DNA from: an uncultured Flavobacteriaceae bacterium
Lineage (GTDB): Bacteria > Bacteroidota > Bacteroidia > Flavobacteriales > Flavobacteriaceae
NCBI GenBank assembly: GCA_965367745.1
Contig: CBDUKG010000004.1
Location: forward strand, 2,197-66,196
Length of the DNA stretch: 64,000 nt
Direction: 5' to 3'
Shown here: piece after piece, positions 1 to 9,605 of the stretch
Layout of the letters: every line of letters begins with the position of its first letter
Position numbering within the stretch: the first letter of the stretch is position 1
Translations under genes and position numbers: made by a program
The notes under the pieces: model-generated
The model's input: the letters and a program-made list of their open reading frames with translations, nothing else
Database searches by the model: none
What the model was told of the DNA's origin: nothing

Positions 1-359
1 TGTTGTTTTATGCTAGCTTCAAAATATTGATATCAAGATAAACCCTTTTATTTTAGGTTAAAGCATTACCGTTCTCTTTTTAATTTTGTTTAACGTTATG
101 AGAATATTTTTAAAATATTCGATAATGCTATCGAGTTTTTATTGCAATACTTCAAGATAGAAAATATTAATACTACTATAAATTTATACTATTCGTAATT
201 TATAACTAATAAATAATGATTTATTTAGATTATTCTATGTAAAAATAAGAATAGTTAAATAAAAGTTAATATTAAAGATTTGTAAAACTACTTTAATTAT
301 TAGCATTACATTTGTTTAAGATTTATTAAAATATGTTAAACACAATTAAAATAATAATT

Positions 360-473
360 ATGAAAACTGTTAGTATTACAAAACAACAATCAAATAAAAA
401 GAAACTAATTCCATTAAATATAGCGAACGCTAAAAGAACCCAATGGAATAATTCAAGAAGATACGATTATTAA
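360..473 (+). CDS. putative small basic peptide (37 aa, MKTVSITKQQSNKKKLIPLNIANAKRTQWNNSRRYDY)
   Basis: ATG 360 to TAA 471-473, with an in-frame upstream ATG at 333. Lies downstream of a TACATTTG promoter element (307-314) and has an A-rich start context. Not in the ORF track (too short). Confidence 0.4.
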   Translation: MKTVSITKQQSNKKKLIPLNIANAKRTQWNNSRRYDY

Positions 474-513
474 TTCTAAAAAATGATTGAAAACAACTAT
501 TAAAACTAAAATT

Positions 514-840
514 ATGAGAAATTTAAAACTATTAGTACTTGCCTTTATTTTTGGATCTACAACTTTATTTGCTTCAGAAAAAATAGATGATGTGAATTCT
601 GATATTAGAGATCAGATTGTAAATTTATTAGACAATACAAGACTTGAAGCAGAAGAAGATATTAAAGTAGAATTTACGTTTACATTTAATTCAAGTGGAG
701 AAATTGTTGTCTTAAACGTGGATTCAAATAGAAAAAATGTTAAAGATTATATTAGAAAGCATATAAATTCTAAAAAATTACAAAATCCAGGAGTTAAAAA
801 CGAAATTTACACAATTCCGTTAACTATAAAATCGATTTAA
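514..840 (+). CDS. small secreted hypothetical protein, possibly TonB C-terminal-like fold
   Basis: ORF track starts at TTG 487, but ATG 514 gives a clean signal peptide (MRNLKLLVLAFIFGSTTLFA). The VEFTFTFNSSGEIVVLNV segment resembles TonB_C strands (inference). Confidence 0.7.
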   Translation: MRNLKLLVLAFIFGSTTLFASEKIDDVNSDIRDQIVNLLDNTRLEAEEDIKVEFTFTFNSSGEIVVLNVDSNRKNVKDYIRKHINSKKLQNPGVKNEIYTIPLTIKSI

Positions 841-859
841 CTTATATTAAAATTAATTC

Positions 860-894
860 AAAAAAAACTCAAACATTATTGTTTGAGTTTTTTT
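860..894. terminator. bidirectional intrinsic terminator
   Basis: A-tract-CTCAAACA..TGTTTGAG-T-tract between convergent genes. Confidence 0.85.
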
Positions 895-939
895 GTTTAA
901 ACCAGTTTTTAAAATTTGTATTTTTTTTATAAGACTATC

Positions 940-2133
940 TTAAACCTTCAAATTTTTAATAACAATTTCCTTTACTTTTTTAGTTAAAGAGGTTATAGCA
1001 TTATAACTAGTATGCTCTAAAACAATAACTACCAAATCGTCTTCTAAATATTGTGTTAATCCTGTACTAAACCCATTCCATTTGCCATGATGGTAAATAA
1101 TGCTGTCATCCTTAGGATCTATTCTAAAACCAAAACCATATGGAATTTTTCTTTTAGAAATAGTTTCTCCTTTGGTATACATTAGCTTTAACGATTCTTG
1201 AGATACTAGTTTTCCATTGTTCAACCCCAACGTCCATTTAAACAAATCTTCACTAGTTGTATAGATGTTTTTATCTCCAACAATGGCATCATTTACGGTA
1301 TTATTAATTTTTAAATGTCTCCAGCCTTTATAAAGTCGATATCCATATAATTGATTGTTTTGGACATTTTTATTTTCTGGATTATACACATAAGAATCAT
1401 TCATTTCTAAGGGTAAAAATATGTTTCTTTTCACGAACGTACTAAAACTACTTCCAGAAACTTTTTCAACGATTGAAGCCAATACCAAATATCCTGTATT
1501 TGAATAATCAAAATTACGACCAGGTTTAAAAAATCTTTGCACATTACTCGATGCAAATAAATGCATCATTTCACTGTTAGTTGGTGCTTTTTCTTTTTTC
1601 CACTTATGCTCTGCAACCCAAAAATATTTTGGCAAACCCGCTGTATGGTTTAACAAGTTTTTAATAGTTACACCTTCATATGGGAAATCTGGAAAATAGC
1701 TATTTACAGTATCTGTTAGTTTAATTTGATTTCTTTCATACAATAGCATTATGGCTGCTGCTGTAAATTGCTTACTTACGGAGGCTAACTGAAATAAAGA
1801 TGTTTTATCAAGTAGTTCTTTCTTTCTGAAATCAGCATAGCCAACCTGATTATTGTATACTATTTTTCCGTTTTTAGCAACCAATACCGAACCATGAAAA
1901 TCGTGTCTTTTATTAATGCGTTGCAATAATGAATCTAATTTATTACTAACCTTTTGTGTTATCTCGATAGGATAGTTTTCTTCCAAAATAAGATTAGTTG
2001 TTTTAATTGAAGAAGTATCAGAAACAGTATTAGCTAATTTATCGGTTTTAAAACCTTCATTTTTAGGGCTGAACGATAAAACAATAATAGTAATTACTAG
2101 GGGTAGGACGGAATATCTAAAATATTTTTTCAA
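940..2133 (-). CDS. serine hydrolase, beta-lactamase/AmpC-like (peptidase S12) family
   Basis: SxxK (LASVSK), LLNHTAG, YSN and HHG motifs; N-terminal signal/anchor; TTG start. Confidence 0.9.
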   Translation of the reverse strand: MKKYFRYSVLPLVITIIVLSFSPKNEGFKTDKLANTVSDTSSIKTTNLILEENYPIEITQKVSNKLDSLLQRINKRHDFHGSVLVAKNGKIVYNNQVGYADFRKKELLDKTSLFQLASVSKQFTAAAIMLLYERNQIKLTDTVNSYFPDFPYEGVTIKNLLNHTAGLPKYFWVAEHKWKKEKAPTNSEMMHLFASSNVQRFFKPGRNFDYSNTGYLVLASIVEKVSGSSFSTFVKRNIFLPLEMNDSYVYNPENKNVQNNQLYGYRLYKGWRHLKINNTVNDAIVGDKNIYTTSEDLFKWTLGLNNGKLVSQESLKLMYTKGETISKRKIPYGFGFRIDPKDDSIIYHHGKWNGFSTGLTQYLEDDLVVIVLEHTSYNAITSLTKKVKEIVIKNLKV

Positions 2134-2415
2134 AAGGGGCTAGGGTTAGAACCTCACAAAAGAACAACCTATTTAGGAATCTACAAAATTGAAACGGTCT
2201 TTTAACACTCTTTTTTGAAATTATATACACTCTCAATTATCGAGGGAAAACAACAAAACAATAAAATTTTAGAAAAAGAAAGCTGGTTGAAATATTAAAA
2301 AGGGGAAATATCCCCTATAATAAAAGGTGTTATTTCCCCTCGATTAAATTTAAAAAGTAATATACTTTTACGGTAAGAAAAAGATATCTTATTGTATAAT
2401 TAGAGGGAATTGCAC

Positions 2416-2452
2416 AAAAAAACCACTAGAGTTTAAACTTTAGTGGTTTTTT
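2416..2452 (-). terminator. intrinsic terminator of ahcY
   Basis: AAAAAAACCACTAGAG..CTTTAGTGGTTTTTT hairpin just after the ahcY stop. Confidence 0.85.
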
Positions 2453-2471
2453 GCTATAAAACAGTATCAGA

Positions 2472-3788
2472 TTAATATCTGTAATATTCTGGTTTAAAAG
2501 GTCCTTCAACCTGAACACCAATATAATCTGCCTGATCTTTACGTAATGTTTCTAACTCAACACCAATTTTAGCTAAATGTAAACGTGCTACTTTTTCATC
2601 TAAATGTTTTGGCAACATATATACTTCGTTTTTATAAGCATCTCTGTTATTCCATAATTCTAATTGTGCTAATGTTTGATTTGTAAATGAGTTACTCATT
2701 ACAAAACTTGGGTGACCAGTTGCACAACCTAAATTTACCAAACGACCTTCAGCAAGAATTATAATATCTTTCCCAGCAATATTATATTTATCTACTTGAG
2801 GTTTGATAGTATCTTTTGTGTTTCCGTGATTTTTATTTAACCAAGCCATGTCAATTTCATTATCGAAATGTCCAATATTACATACTATTACTTTATCTTT
2901 CATAGCTTCAAAATGATGGCCTTGAATAATATCTTTGTTTCCTGTAGTTGTAATTACTATATCAGAATTACCAACAACAGTTTCTAATCTTTTTACTTCA
3001 AAACCATCCATAGCTGCTTGTAATGCACAAATAGGATCAATTTCAGTAACTGTAACAATTGAACCCGCACCTTTAAAAGAAGCAGCTGTACCTTTACCTA
3101 CATCACCATAACCACAAACTGTAACGCGTTTTCCTGCTAACATAATATCGGTTGCTCTTCTAATTGCATCTACAGCACTTTCTCTACATCCGTATTTATT
3201 ATCGAATTTAGATTTTGTAACAGAATCGTTTACGTTAATTGCTGGCATTGGTAATGTTCCTGCTTTCATTCTGTCGTATAAACGGTGAACTCCAGTAGTT
3301 GTTTCTTCACTTAAACCATTAATTCCGGCTGCTAATTCTGGATATTTATCCAAAACCATATTTGTTAAATCTCCACCATCATCTAAAATTAAATTCAATG
3401 GTTTTTTATCTTCTCCAAAGAACAACGTTTGTTCTATACACCAGTCAAACTCTTCTTCATTTAAACCTTTCCAAGCATACACTGAAACTCCTGCAGCAGC
3501 AATGGCAGCAGCAGCTTGATCTTGTGTTGAAAAGATATTACAAGAACTCCAAGTTACCTCAGCTCCTAAATCTACCAACGTTTCAATTAAAACCGCAGTT
3601 TGAATAGTCATATGCAAACAACCAGCAATTCTTGCTCCTGCTAAAGGTTTTTTACCTTTATACTCTTCTCTTAAACTCATTAATCCTGGCATTTCTGCTT
3701 CGGCTAATTCAATTTCTTTACGTCCCCAATCTGCAAGATTAATGTCTTTTACTTTATATTTTACGTAAGTTGATGTTTCTGTACTCAT
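2472..3788 (-). CDS. ahcY: adenosylhomocysteinase (SAH hydrolase)
   Basis: [30 protein letters not shown] and [14 protein letters not shown] signatures. Confidence 0.99.
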   Translation of the reverse strand: MSTETSTYVKYKVKDINLADWGRKEIELAEAEMPGLMSLREEYKGKKPLAGARIAGCLHMTIQTAVLIETLVDLGAEVTWSSCNIFSTQDQAAAAIAAAGVSVYAWKGLNEEEFDWCIEQTLFFGEDKKPLNLILDDGGDLTNMVLDKYPELAAGINGLSEETTTGVHRLYDRMKAGTLPMPAINVNDSVTKSKFDNKYGCRESAVDAIRRATDIMLAGKRVTVCGYGDVGKGTAASFKGAGSIVTVTEIDPICALQAAMDGFEVKRLETVVGNSDIVITTTGNKDIIQGHHFEAMKDKVIVCNIGHFDNEIDMAWLNKNHGNTKDTIKPQVDKYNIAGKDIIILAEGRLVNLGCATGHPSFVMSNSFTNQTLAQLELWNNRDAYKNEVYMLPKHLDEKVARLHLAKIGVELETLRKDQADYIGVQVEGPFKPEYYRY

Positions 3789-3843
3789 ATTTATTAAATT
3801 TGTTGTTTATTTAAAACAATTAATTTTTTGTTTTAAAGTTTTG

Positions 3844-3864
3844 CAAAAGTACAAAATACATTTG
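3844..3864. promoter_or_regulatory. back-to-back Bacteroidota -7 promoter elements for ahcY and the PPTase operon
   Basis: CAAAAGTA 3844-3851 (TACTTTTG on minus) and TACATTTG 3857-3864 on plus, both matching TAnnTTTG. Confidence 0.65.
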
Positions 3865-3873
3865 AGAATATAA

Positions 3874-4512
3874 ATGCCTTTATTTAAAACCATTAAACCA
3901 AATAAATACACAACTGTTTATGTGTGGAAAATTGAAGAGTCTTTTAATGACTTATCAAAAGATACACTATTAACTGAAAGAAGTCAAGATAGATTACTTT
4001 CAATGAAATCTGAAATGCATCGCCGTGGATTTTTAAGTGTGCGTCATTTACTTAAAGCAGCAGGTTATACAGACCTTGATTTATATTACAACGGTAATGG
4101 AAAACCGCATTTAACCGATGGGAAAGAAATTTCTATTACACATTCATTTAACTTTTCTGCAATTATTATTAGTGAGGTTGAAGTAGGGATAGACATTGAA
4201 AAAAACAGAGAAAAAATTAAAATCATTCAGGACAAGTTTGTCAATTTTGAAAGAGGGTTTATTCATAAAGATGATGATTATATTCAGCAATTAACAGTTA
4301 TTTGGGGAGCAAAAGAAAGTTTATATAAAATTTATCCACACGGTGGTTTAACCTTTAAAAACGATATTGATATCAACTCTTTTCAAATTGCTGATAAAAA
4401 AACTACTGGATATATTAAGGTTGAAGGTTGGGATAAGAATTATAGTATTGAATTTCATCAAATTGATGGTTTTACATTGGTTTATGCTTTAGATACTGCT
4501 AATAATGACTGA
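3874..4512 (+). CDS. 4'-phosphopantetheinyl transferase superfamily protein (Sfp-like)
   Basis: GKPHL, ISITHS, VGIDIE and WGAKESLYK motifs. Confidence 0.93.
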   Translation: MPLFKTIKPNKYTTVYVWKIEESFNDLSKDTLLTERSQDRLLSMKSEMHRRGFLSVRHLLKAAGYTDLDLYYNGNGKPHLTDGKEISITHSFNFSAIIISEVEVGIDIEKNREKIKIIQDKFVNFERGFIHKDDDYIQQLTVIWGAKESLYKIYPHGGLTFKNDIDINSFQIADKKTTGYIKVEGWDKNYSIEFHQIDGFTLVYALDTANND

Positions 4513-5215
4513 TTCTATTTTAGTACATATTCAAAAATCGTCAAAAAAAGGTGAAAAATTATTAGCCATTTTATTGGATCCCGATAAAACAAAACTCGAC
4601 GAAATTTCAATTATTTCAAAGAGAATAGAAAACATAAAAGCAAATTTTATTTTTGTTGGTGGTAGTTTTGTAAAGAAAGGTGTTACGGGTATTTTTGTTG
4701 AAAAATTAAAAGAGCATACAAATATACCAATTGTACTTTTCCCTGGAGATTACTCGCAAGTAACAAATAATGCCGATGGGTTGTTGTTTTTATCACTACT
4801 CTCTGGTAGAAATCCTGAATATTTAATTGAACAACAAATAAAAGCTGTTCCATTTTTAAAAGATTCAAACTTAGAAATTATACCAACAGGATATATTTTA
4901 ATTGATGGCGGTATCAATTCATCCGTTTTAAAAGTGAGTAAAACTACTGCTATTTCTCAAAACAATATTCAGTTAGCGGTTGAGACGGCTGTTGCGGGAA
5001 TGTATAAAGGCAAACAATTAATATATTTAGAAGCTGGAAGCGGAGCCAAAACCGTTGTTAATGAAAAGCTAATTTCAGAAGTTAAAAAAAATATTTCAAT
5101 TCCTCTAATTGTTGGTGGAGGAATAAAAACAAAAGAACAACTAAATACAGCTTATAATAACGGTGCTGATTTAGTGGTTATTGGAACCGCCTTTGAAAAC
5201 AATATTGATTTATGA
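4505..5215 (+). CDS. geranylgeranylglyceryl/heptaprenylglyceryl phosphate synthase (PcrB/GGGPS family)
   Basis: LLDPDK, FVGGS, LFPG, SGRNPEYLI, YLEAGSGA and VGGGI motifs. Confidence 0.95.
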   Translation: MTDSILVHIQKSSKKGEKLLAILLDPDKTKLDEISIISKRIENIKANFIFVGGSFVKKGVTGIFVEKLKEHTNIPIVLFPGDYSQVTNNADGLLFLSLLSGRNPEYLIEQQIKAVPFLKDSNLEIIPTGYILIDGGINSSVLKVSKTTAISQNNIQLAVETAVAGMYKGKQLIYLEAGSGAKTVVNEKLISEVKKNISIPLIVGGGIKTKEQLNTAYNNGADLVVIGTAFENNIDL

Positions 5216-5913
5216 ATGAAATTATAAACTTTTTTACAGAGCCTTATCAATCTGCAAGCACAATAAATATTTTGTTAGAATTAATTGCCGCAATTTTTGG
5301 TGTGGCAAGTGTTTTATATGCTAAAAAAGAAAATATTCTAGTATTTCCAACAGGAATAATAAGCACTGTTATTTATGTATATTTATTATCTAAATGGGAT
5401 TTATATGGAGATTTAATTATTAACATATACTATACTATTATGAGTATTTATGGTTGGTATATGTGGAGTAAAATAATTGATAATGAAAAACATCACATCC
5501 CAATTTCCAGAACCAATAAAATTGATAAATTGAAGACTTTTGGTATATTTTTATTTACCTCTATATTTGTAATTATTGTTTATAGATATTACAATGTAAT
5601 GCCAAACAATTTAAATTTTAATGAAAGCATAAACTATGCATATTTAAATATGACTTCTGGCAGCTTGGAAAATTTTAGAAAAATAACTCCATTTTTAGAC
5701 ACATTTACAACAGGAATATTTTTTGCAGGAATGTGGTTAATGGCAAATAAAAAAATAGAAAACTGGACATTTTGGATTGCGGGTAATATAGTTTCTATAC
5801 CTTTATATTTTATAAAAGGGTATGGATTTACCGGAATACAATACACTATCTTTTTAGTGTTAGCAATACAAGGATACTTAGAATGGAAGAAACGCTTAAA
5901 CAAGACAACATAA
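5212..5913 (+). CDS. pnuC: PnuC-family vitamin transporter (nicotinamide riboside/thiamine type)
   Basis: Multi-TM protein with YGWYMW and KKIENWTFWI motifs and a C-terminal GYLEW. Confidence 0.9.
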   Translation: MNEIINFFTEPYQSASTINILLELIAAIFGVASVLYAKKENILVFPTGIISTVIYVYLLSKWDLYGDLIINIYYTIMSIYGWYMWSKIIDNEKHHIPISRTNKIDKLKTFGIFLFTSIFVIIVYRYYNVMPNNLNFNESINYAYLNMTSGSLENFRKITPFLDTFTTGIFFAGMWLMANKKIENWTFWIAGNIVSIPLYFIKGYGFTGIQYTIFLVLAIQGYLEWKKRLNKTT

Positions 5914-6533
5914 ATATTATTAAGGTAGTGTTATTTGGACCCGAAAGCACGGGAAAAACAACGTTATCTAACCAGCTTGCCAGACATTATAATACTGTTT
6001 GGGCACCAGAATATGCAAGAGAATATTTACAAGATAAATGGAATAATGAACGTAAAACTTGCACAAATAAAGACCAAATGCCAATAGCATATGGACAAAT
6101 GAAACTTGAAAATAAGCTTGCTAAAAAAGCTGATAAAGTTTTAATTTGTGATACCGATTTATTAGAAACTAAAGTTTATTTTGAAGAATATTATAAAGGA
6201 TCGGTTGATCCAAAATTAGAAGAAGCTGCACTAAATAATAAATACGACTTATACTTATTGACATATATTGATACTCCCTGGGAAAAGGATGATCTAAGAG
6301 ATAATCCACATAAGCGCTTAGAAATGTTTAACTCTTTTGAAAGCTCTTTAAAAAAACACAACAAGAATTATATTACACTTAAAGGTGATATGAAATCAAG
6401 AATGAAATTTGCAATAAGCGAAATTGATAAAATATTAAAGTCAAAACAAAATTTACAAAGCTTTTCTGAAAATTTATTTGATTTAGATTTACATTTTTTA
6501 CATCAACAAGATAGCAATACTCCGATTCAATAA
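5883..6533 (+). CDS. NadR-type kinase/ATPase domain (AAA_28), stand-alone
   Basis: GPESTGKTT P-loop, PEYAREY, CDTD and PWEKDDLRD motifs. Confidence 0.9.
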   Translation: MEETLKQDNINIIKVVLFGPESTGKTTLSNQLARHYNTVWAPEYAREYLQDKWNNERKTCTNKDQMPIAYGQMKLENKLAKKADKVLICDTDLLETKVYFEEYYKGSVDPKLEEAALNNKYDLYLLTYIDTPWEKDDLRDNPHKRLEMFNSFESSLKKHNKNYITLKGDMKSRMKFAISEIDKILKSKQNLQSFSENLFDLDLHFLHQQDSNTPIQ

Positions 6534-6535
6534 TA

Positions 6536-6937
6536 ATGAATGCTGAGAAAATCATAAAAGAACTTAAATTTAAAGCAGTTAGAAGTAGTGGTGCTGGAGG
6601 ACAACATGTAAATAAAGTATCTTCTAAGGTTGAATTGTTATTTGATTTGCAAAATTCTACTGAATTTACTGAAGAAGAAAAAGAATTACTACTTCAAAAA
6701 TTAAAAAGTAAACTTACAAAAGAAAATGTGCTACTACTTTCTTGTGATGAAAGCCGAAGCCAACATAAAAACAAAGAAATTGTTGTTAAACGTTTTTTAA
6801 CACTAATAATAAGCAGCTTAAAAATTCCAAAAAAACGAAAAGCTACAAAACCTAGTAAAAGTAGTATTCAAAAAAGATTGGATAAAAAGAAAAAACACGC
6901 TTATAAAAAGGCCTTCCGAAGAAAGCCTGAATTGTGA
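6536..6937 (+). CDS. arfB: alternative ribosome rescue factor B (peptidyl-tRNA hydrolase)
   Basis: RSSGAGGQHVNK GGQ motif, RSQHKN, basic C-terminal tail. Confidence 0.97.
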   Translation: MNAEKIIKELKFKAVRSSGAGGQHVNKVSSKVELLFDLQNSTEFTEEEKELLLQKLKSKLTKENVLLLSCDESRSQHKNKEIVVKRFLTLIISSLKIPKKRKATKPSKSSIQKRLDKKKKHAYKKAFRRKPEL

Positions 6938-6994
6938 AATTAAATTCTATCTTTTAACAGATTTTTAATTTTCTTATTTGTAAATTTGCACTAT

Positions 6995-7068
6995 CTCAAA
7001 AGGGGTGCCTAAAACGGCTGAGATCAAACCCATAGAACCTGAACAGGTAATGCTGTTAAGGGACGTTC
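6995..7068 (+). ncRNA. TPP (thiamine pyrophosphate) riboswitch
   Basis: GGGGTGCC..GGCTGAGA..ACCC..GAACCTGA..GGTAATGC..AGGGA core; TAAATTTG promoter at 6981-6988; upstream of a TonB-dependent receptor. Confidence 0.95.
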
Positions 7069-7155
7069 AGACAGAAAAAATCTGTTAGGGCAAAAGTAAT
7101 TTTATCAAAACATCGATTAATTACCTCTTTTTAAATCGTTTTATTTTATATATAA

Positions 7156-9537
7156 ATGAAACAATTTTTAAAAAAAACATTTAAAAAAGTGAAGATTTTA
7201 GTAGCTTTTTTAATTTTTGTATTTTCAATGAATGTTAATGCACAAGAACTATTTAAGCTCTCTGGAAAAGTTAGTGATGGAAATATACCATTGCCAGGAG
7301 CAAGTATTGTAATTAAAGGAACTTCAAAAGGAGTAAGTACAAATTTTGAAGGCGAATTTTCAATCCAACTAAAAAAAGGAACTTACACATTAGTTGTGAA
7401 TGCAATCAGTCAGCCAAAAGAAGTAAAAGTAAATCTTATAAAAGACACTTTTATTTCAATTAATATGGCAGACAGCTTTGTTAATTTAGAAGAGGTTTTA
7501 GTTTCTGCAGTCCGTGTAAAACCTTCATCTCCAGTAACACATAGTAATGTTACCAAAGCAGATTTGGAAAAACGTAATTTAGGACAAGACATTCCTGTTT
7601 TGTTAAATTATCTGCCGTCGGTTACAAGTTCATCCGATGCTGGAGCTGGAGTTGGGTATACTTATATTAGAGTTAGAGGTTCTGATGCATCTAGAATTAA
7701 TGTAACACTAAACGGAATACCTTATAACGATACTGAAAGTCAAGGTACATTTTGGGTAAATTTAGGTGATTTCACCTCGTCAACTCAAAGTATGCAATTA
7801 CAACGTGGTGTAGGAACTTCAACAAATGGCGCAGGTGCTTTTGGAGCAAGTTTAAACTTGCTAACAGATGCTATTTCAGATGAAGCTTACGGTGAAATTA
7901 GTAGTGCCATAGGTTCTTATAATACCTATAAAAACACTATTAAATTTAGTACTGGTAAAATAAATGATCATATTGAAATTGCAGGACGTTTTTCAAAAAT
8001 TGATTCTGATGGTTATGTTGATAGAGCTTTTTCTGATCTAAAATCATACTTTTTACAAGCTTCTTATGTAGACGACAATACATTAATTAAAGCTATTACT
8101 TTTGGGAACAATGAAAAAACATACCAAGCTTGGTATGGTTTAAGCGCTGAAGAACTTAAAGAAGATAGAAAACAAAATCCTTATACTTACGATAATGAAA
8201 CTGACAATTACTGGCAAGATCATTATCAGTTACATTGGAATGAAACATTAAGCGAAAATTGGTCTACAAATCTTGGTTTGAATTACACGAAAGGGAAAGG
8301 ATATTTTGAGCAATACAAGGAAGGAAGCGCAGTTTCAAAATACAACAATATTGTTGAAGCTACAGGAACAGATTGGTATGGAACACCTGCAACAGATTTA
8401 ATTGTTAGAAGATGGTTAGATAATGATTTTTATGTATTAAACTTCAATGCTAATTACAAGAATGAAGATTACGAAGTAATTTCAGGAATTTCGGCAAGTA
8501 ATTATACTGGCGACCATTTTGGTGAAGTAATTTGGGCAAAACAATTTGCTGAAGATGCCAATATAAGAGATCGTTATTATTTTAGTGATGCAACAAAAAA
8601 TGAATTCAGTATCTATTCAAAAGTTTCTTTTAAACTTAATGATAATTTAAGTGGTTTGGTAGATTTACAAGGAAGATTTGTTTCGTACAAAACTGATGGA
8701 TTAACATCTGATAGAGATCCATTAAATGTTGATAAATCTTATAGTTTTTTTAACCCTAAATTAGGCTTAACTTATAAAATAAATAATTACAATAGTATCT
8801 ACACTTCGTTTGCAATAGCAAACAGAGAACCAAACAGAGACGATTTTAAAAATGGTTCAAATGTCGAAAATGAAACCTTAAACGATGTTGAATTAGGTTG
8901 GCGTTTCAAAAATGAAGCAATTAGTTTAAACACAAATTTTTATTATATGCTTTATAAGAATCAGTTAATTCAAACTGGTGGATTAAACGATGTTGGAGAA
9001 TATTTAAGAGAAAATGTTGAAGATAGTTACCGTTTAGGTATTGAAATTGATGCGAGTATTAAACTTTCAAATAAACTTTCAATTAGTCCAAATTTCACAT
9101 TAAGTTCTAATAAAATTAAGAACTTTATTTTAGAAAGAGATGGAAATACTACAAATATTGGAACTACTAATATTGCTTTTTCACCAAATATTATTGGAGG
9201 AAACTCTATCAGTTATCAACCTTATAAAAACTTAAATATTAATTTCCTATCTAAATTTGTTAGTGAACAATATTTAAGTAATACAGATACTGAGGCATCT
9301 AAACTTGATAGTTATTTTACAAGTGATTTAAACTTAACGTATACAATAAATCCAACATCAATTTTTAAATCGATAGTATTTTCAGGTTTAATTAATAATA
9401 TTTTTAACAAAGAATATGTTGATCGTGGATATACATATTTAGATTATTGGTCAACACCAGGAAATTCTTTTGAAATTCAGGGTTACTATCCTCAAGCAAC
9501 AAGAAATTTTTTAGTTGGAGCTACTTTTAAGTTTTAA
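7156..9537 (+). CDS. TonB-dependent receptor, probably for thiamine
   Basis: Signal peptide, carboxypeptidase-regulatory-like N-domain, plug (SDAGAGVGYTYIRVRG), C-terminal Phe; under TPP riboswitch control. Confidence 0.92.
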   Translation: MKQFLKKTFKKVKILVAFLIFVFSMNVNAQELFKLSGKVSDGNIPLPGASIVIKGTSKGVSTNFEGEFSIQLKKGTYTLVVNAISQPKEVKVNLIKDTFISINMADSFVNLEEVLVSAVRVKPSSPVTHSNVTKADLEKRNLGQDIPVLLNYLPSVTSSSDAGAGVGYTYIRVRGSDASRINVTLNGIPYNDTESQGTFWVNLGDFTSSTQSMQLQRGVGTSTNGAGAFGASLNLLTDAISDEAYGEISSAIGSYNTYKNTIKFSTGKINDHIEIAGRFSKIDSDGYVDRAFSDLKSYFLQASYVDDNTLIKAITFGNNEKTYQAWYGLSAEELKEDRKQNPYTYDNETDNYWQDHYQLHWNETLSENWSTNLGLNYTKGKGYFEQYKEGSAVSKYNNIVEATGTDWYGTPATDLIVRRWLDNDFYVLNFNANYKNEDYEVISGISASNYTGDHFGEVIWAKQFAEDANIRDRYYFSDATKNEFSIYSKVSFKLNDNLSGLVDLQGRFVSYKTDGLTSDRDPLNVDKSYSFFNPKLGLTYKINNYNSIYTSFAIANREPNRDDFKNGSNVENETLNDVELGWRFKNEAISLNTNFYYMLYKNQLIQTGGLNDVGEYLRENVEDSYRLGIEIDASIKLSNKLSISPNFTLSSNKIKNFILERDGNTTNIGTTNIAFSPNIIGGNSISYQPYKNLNINFLSKFVSEQYLSNTDTEASKLDSYFTSDLNLTYTINPTSIFKSIVFSGLINNIFNKEYVDRGYTYLDYWSTPGNSFEIQGYYPQATRNFLVGATFKF

Positions 9538-9558
9538 AGGAGAATTATTATGAAATAG

Positions 9559-9590
9559 AAAAGCCTGAATGTTTAACATTCAGGCTTTTT
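9559..9590. terminator. bidirectional intrinsic terminator
   Basis: AAAAGCCTGAATGTT-T-AACATTCAGGCTTTT. Confidence 0.85.
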
Positions 9591-9605
9591 ATTTTTTCTA
9601 AAGTT

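Noticed and set aside
940-2133. Antibiotic-resistance beta-lactamase call
   Set aside because: Motifs only place it in the broad serine hydrolase family; HHG replaces the AmpC KTG triad
3789-3873. SAH or SAM riboswitch upstream of ahcY
   Set aside because: The 85-bp spacer is almost all A/T and is filled by two promoter elements; no aptamer consensus
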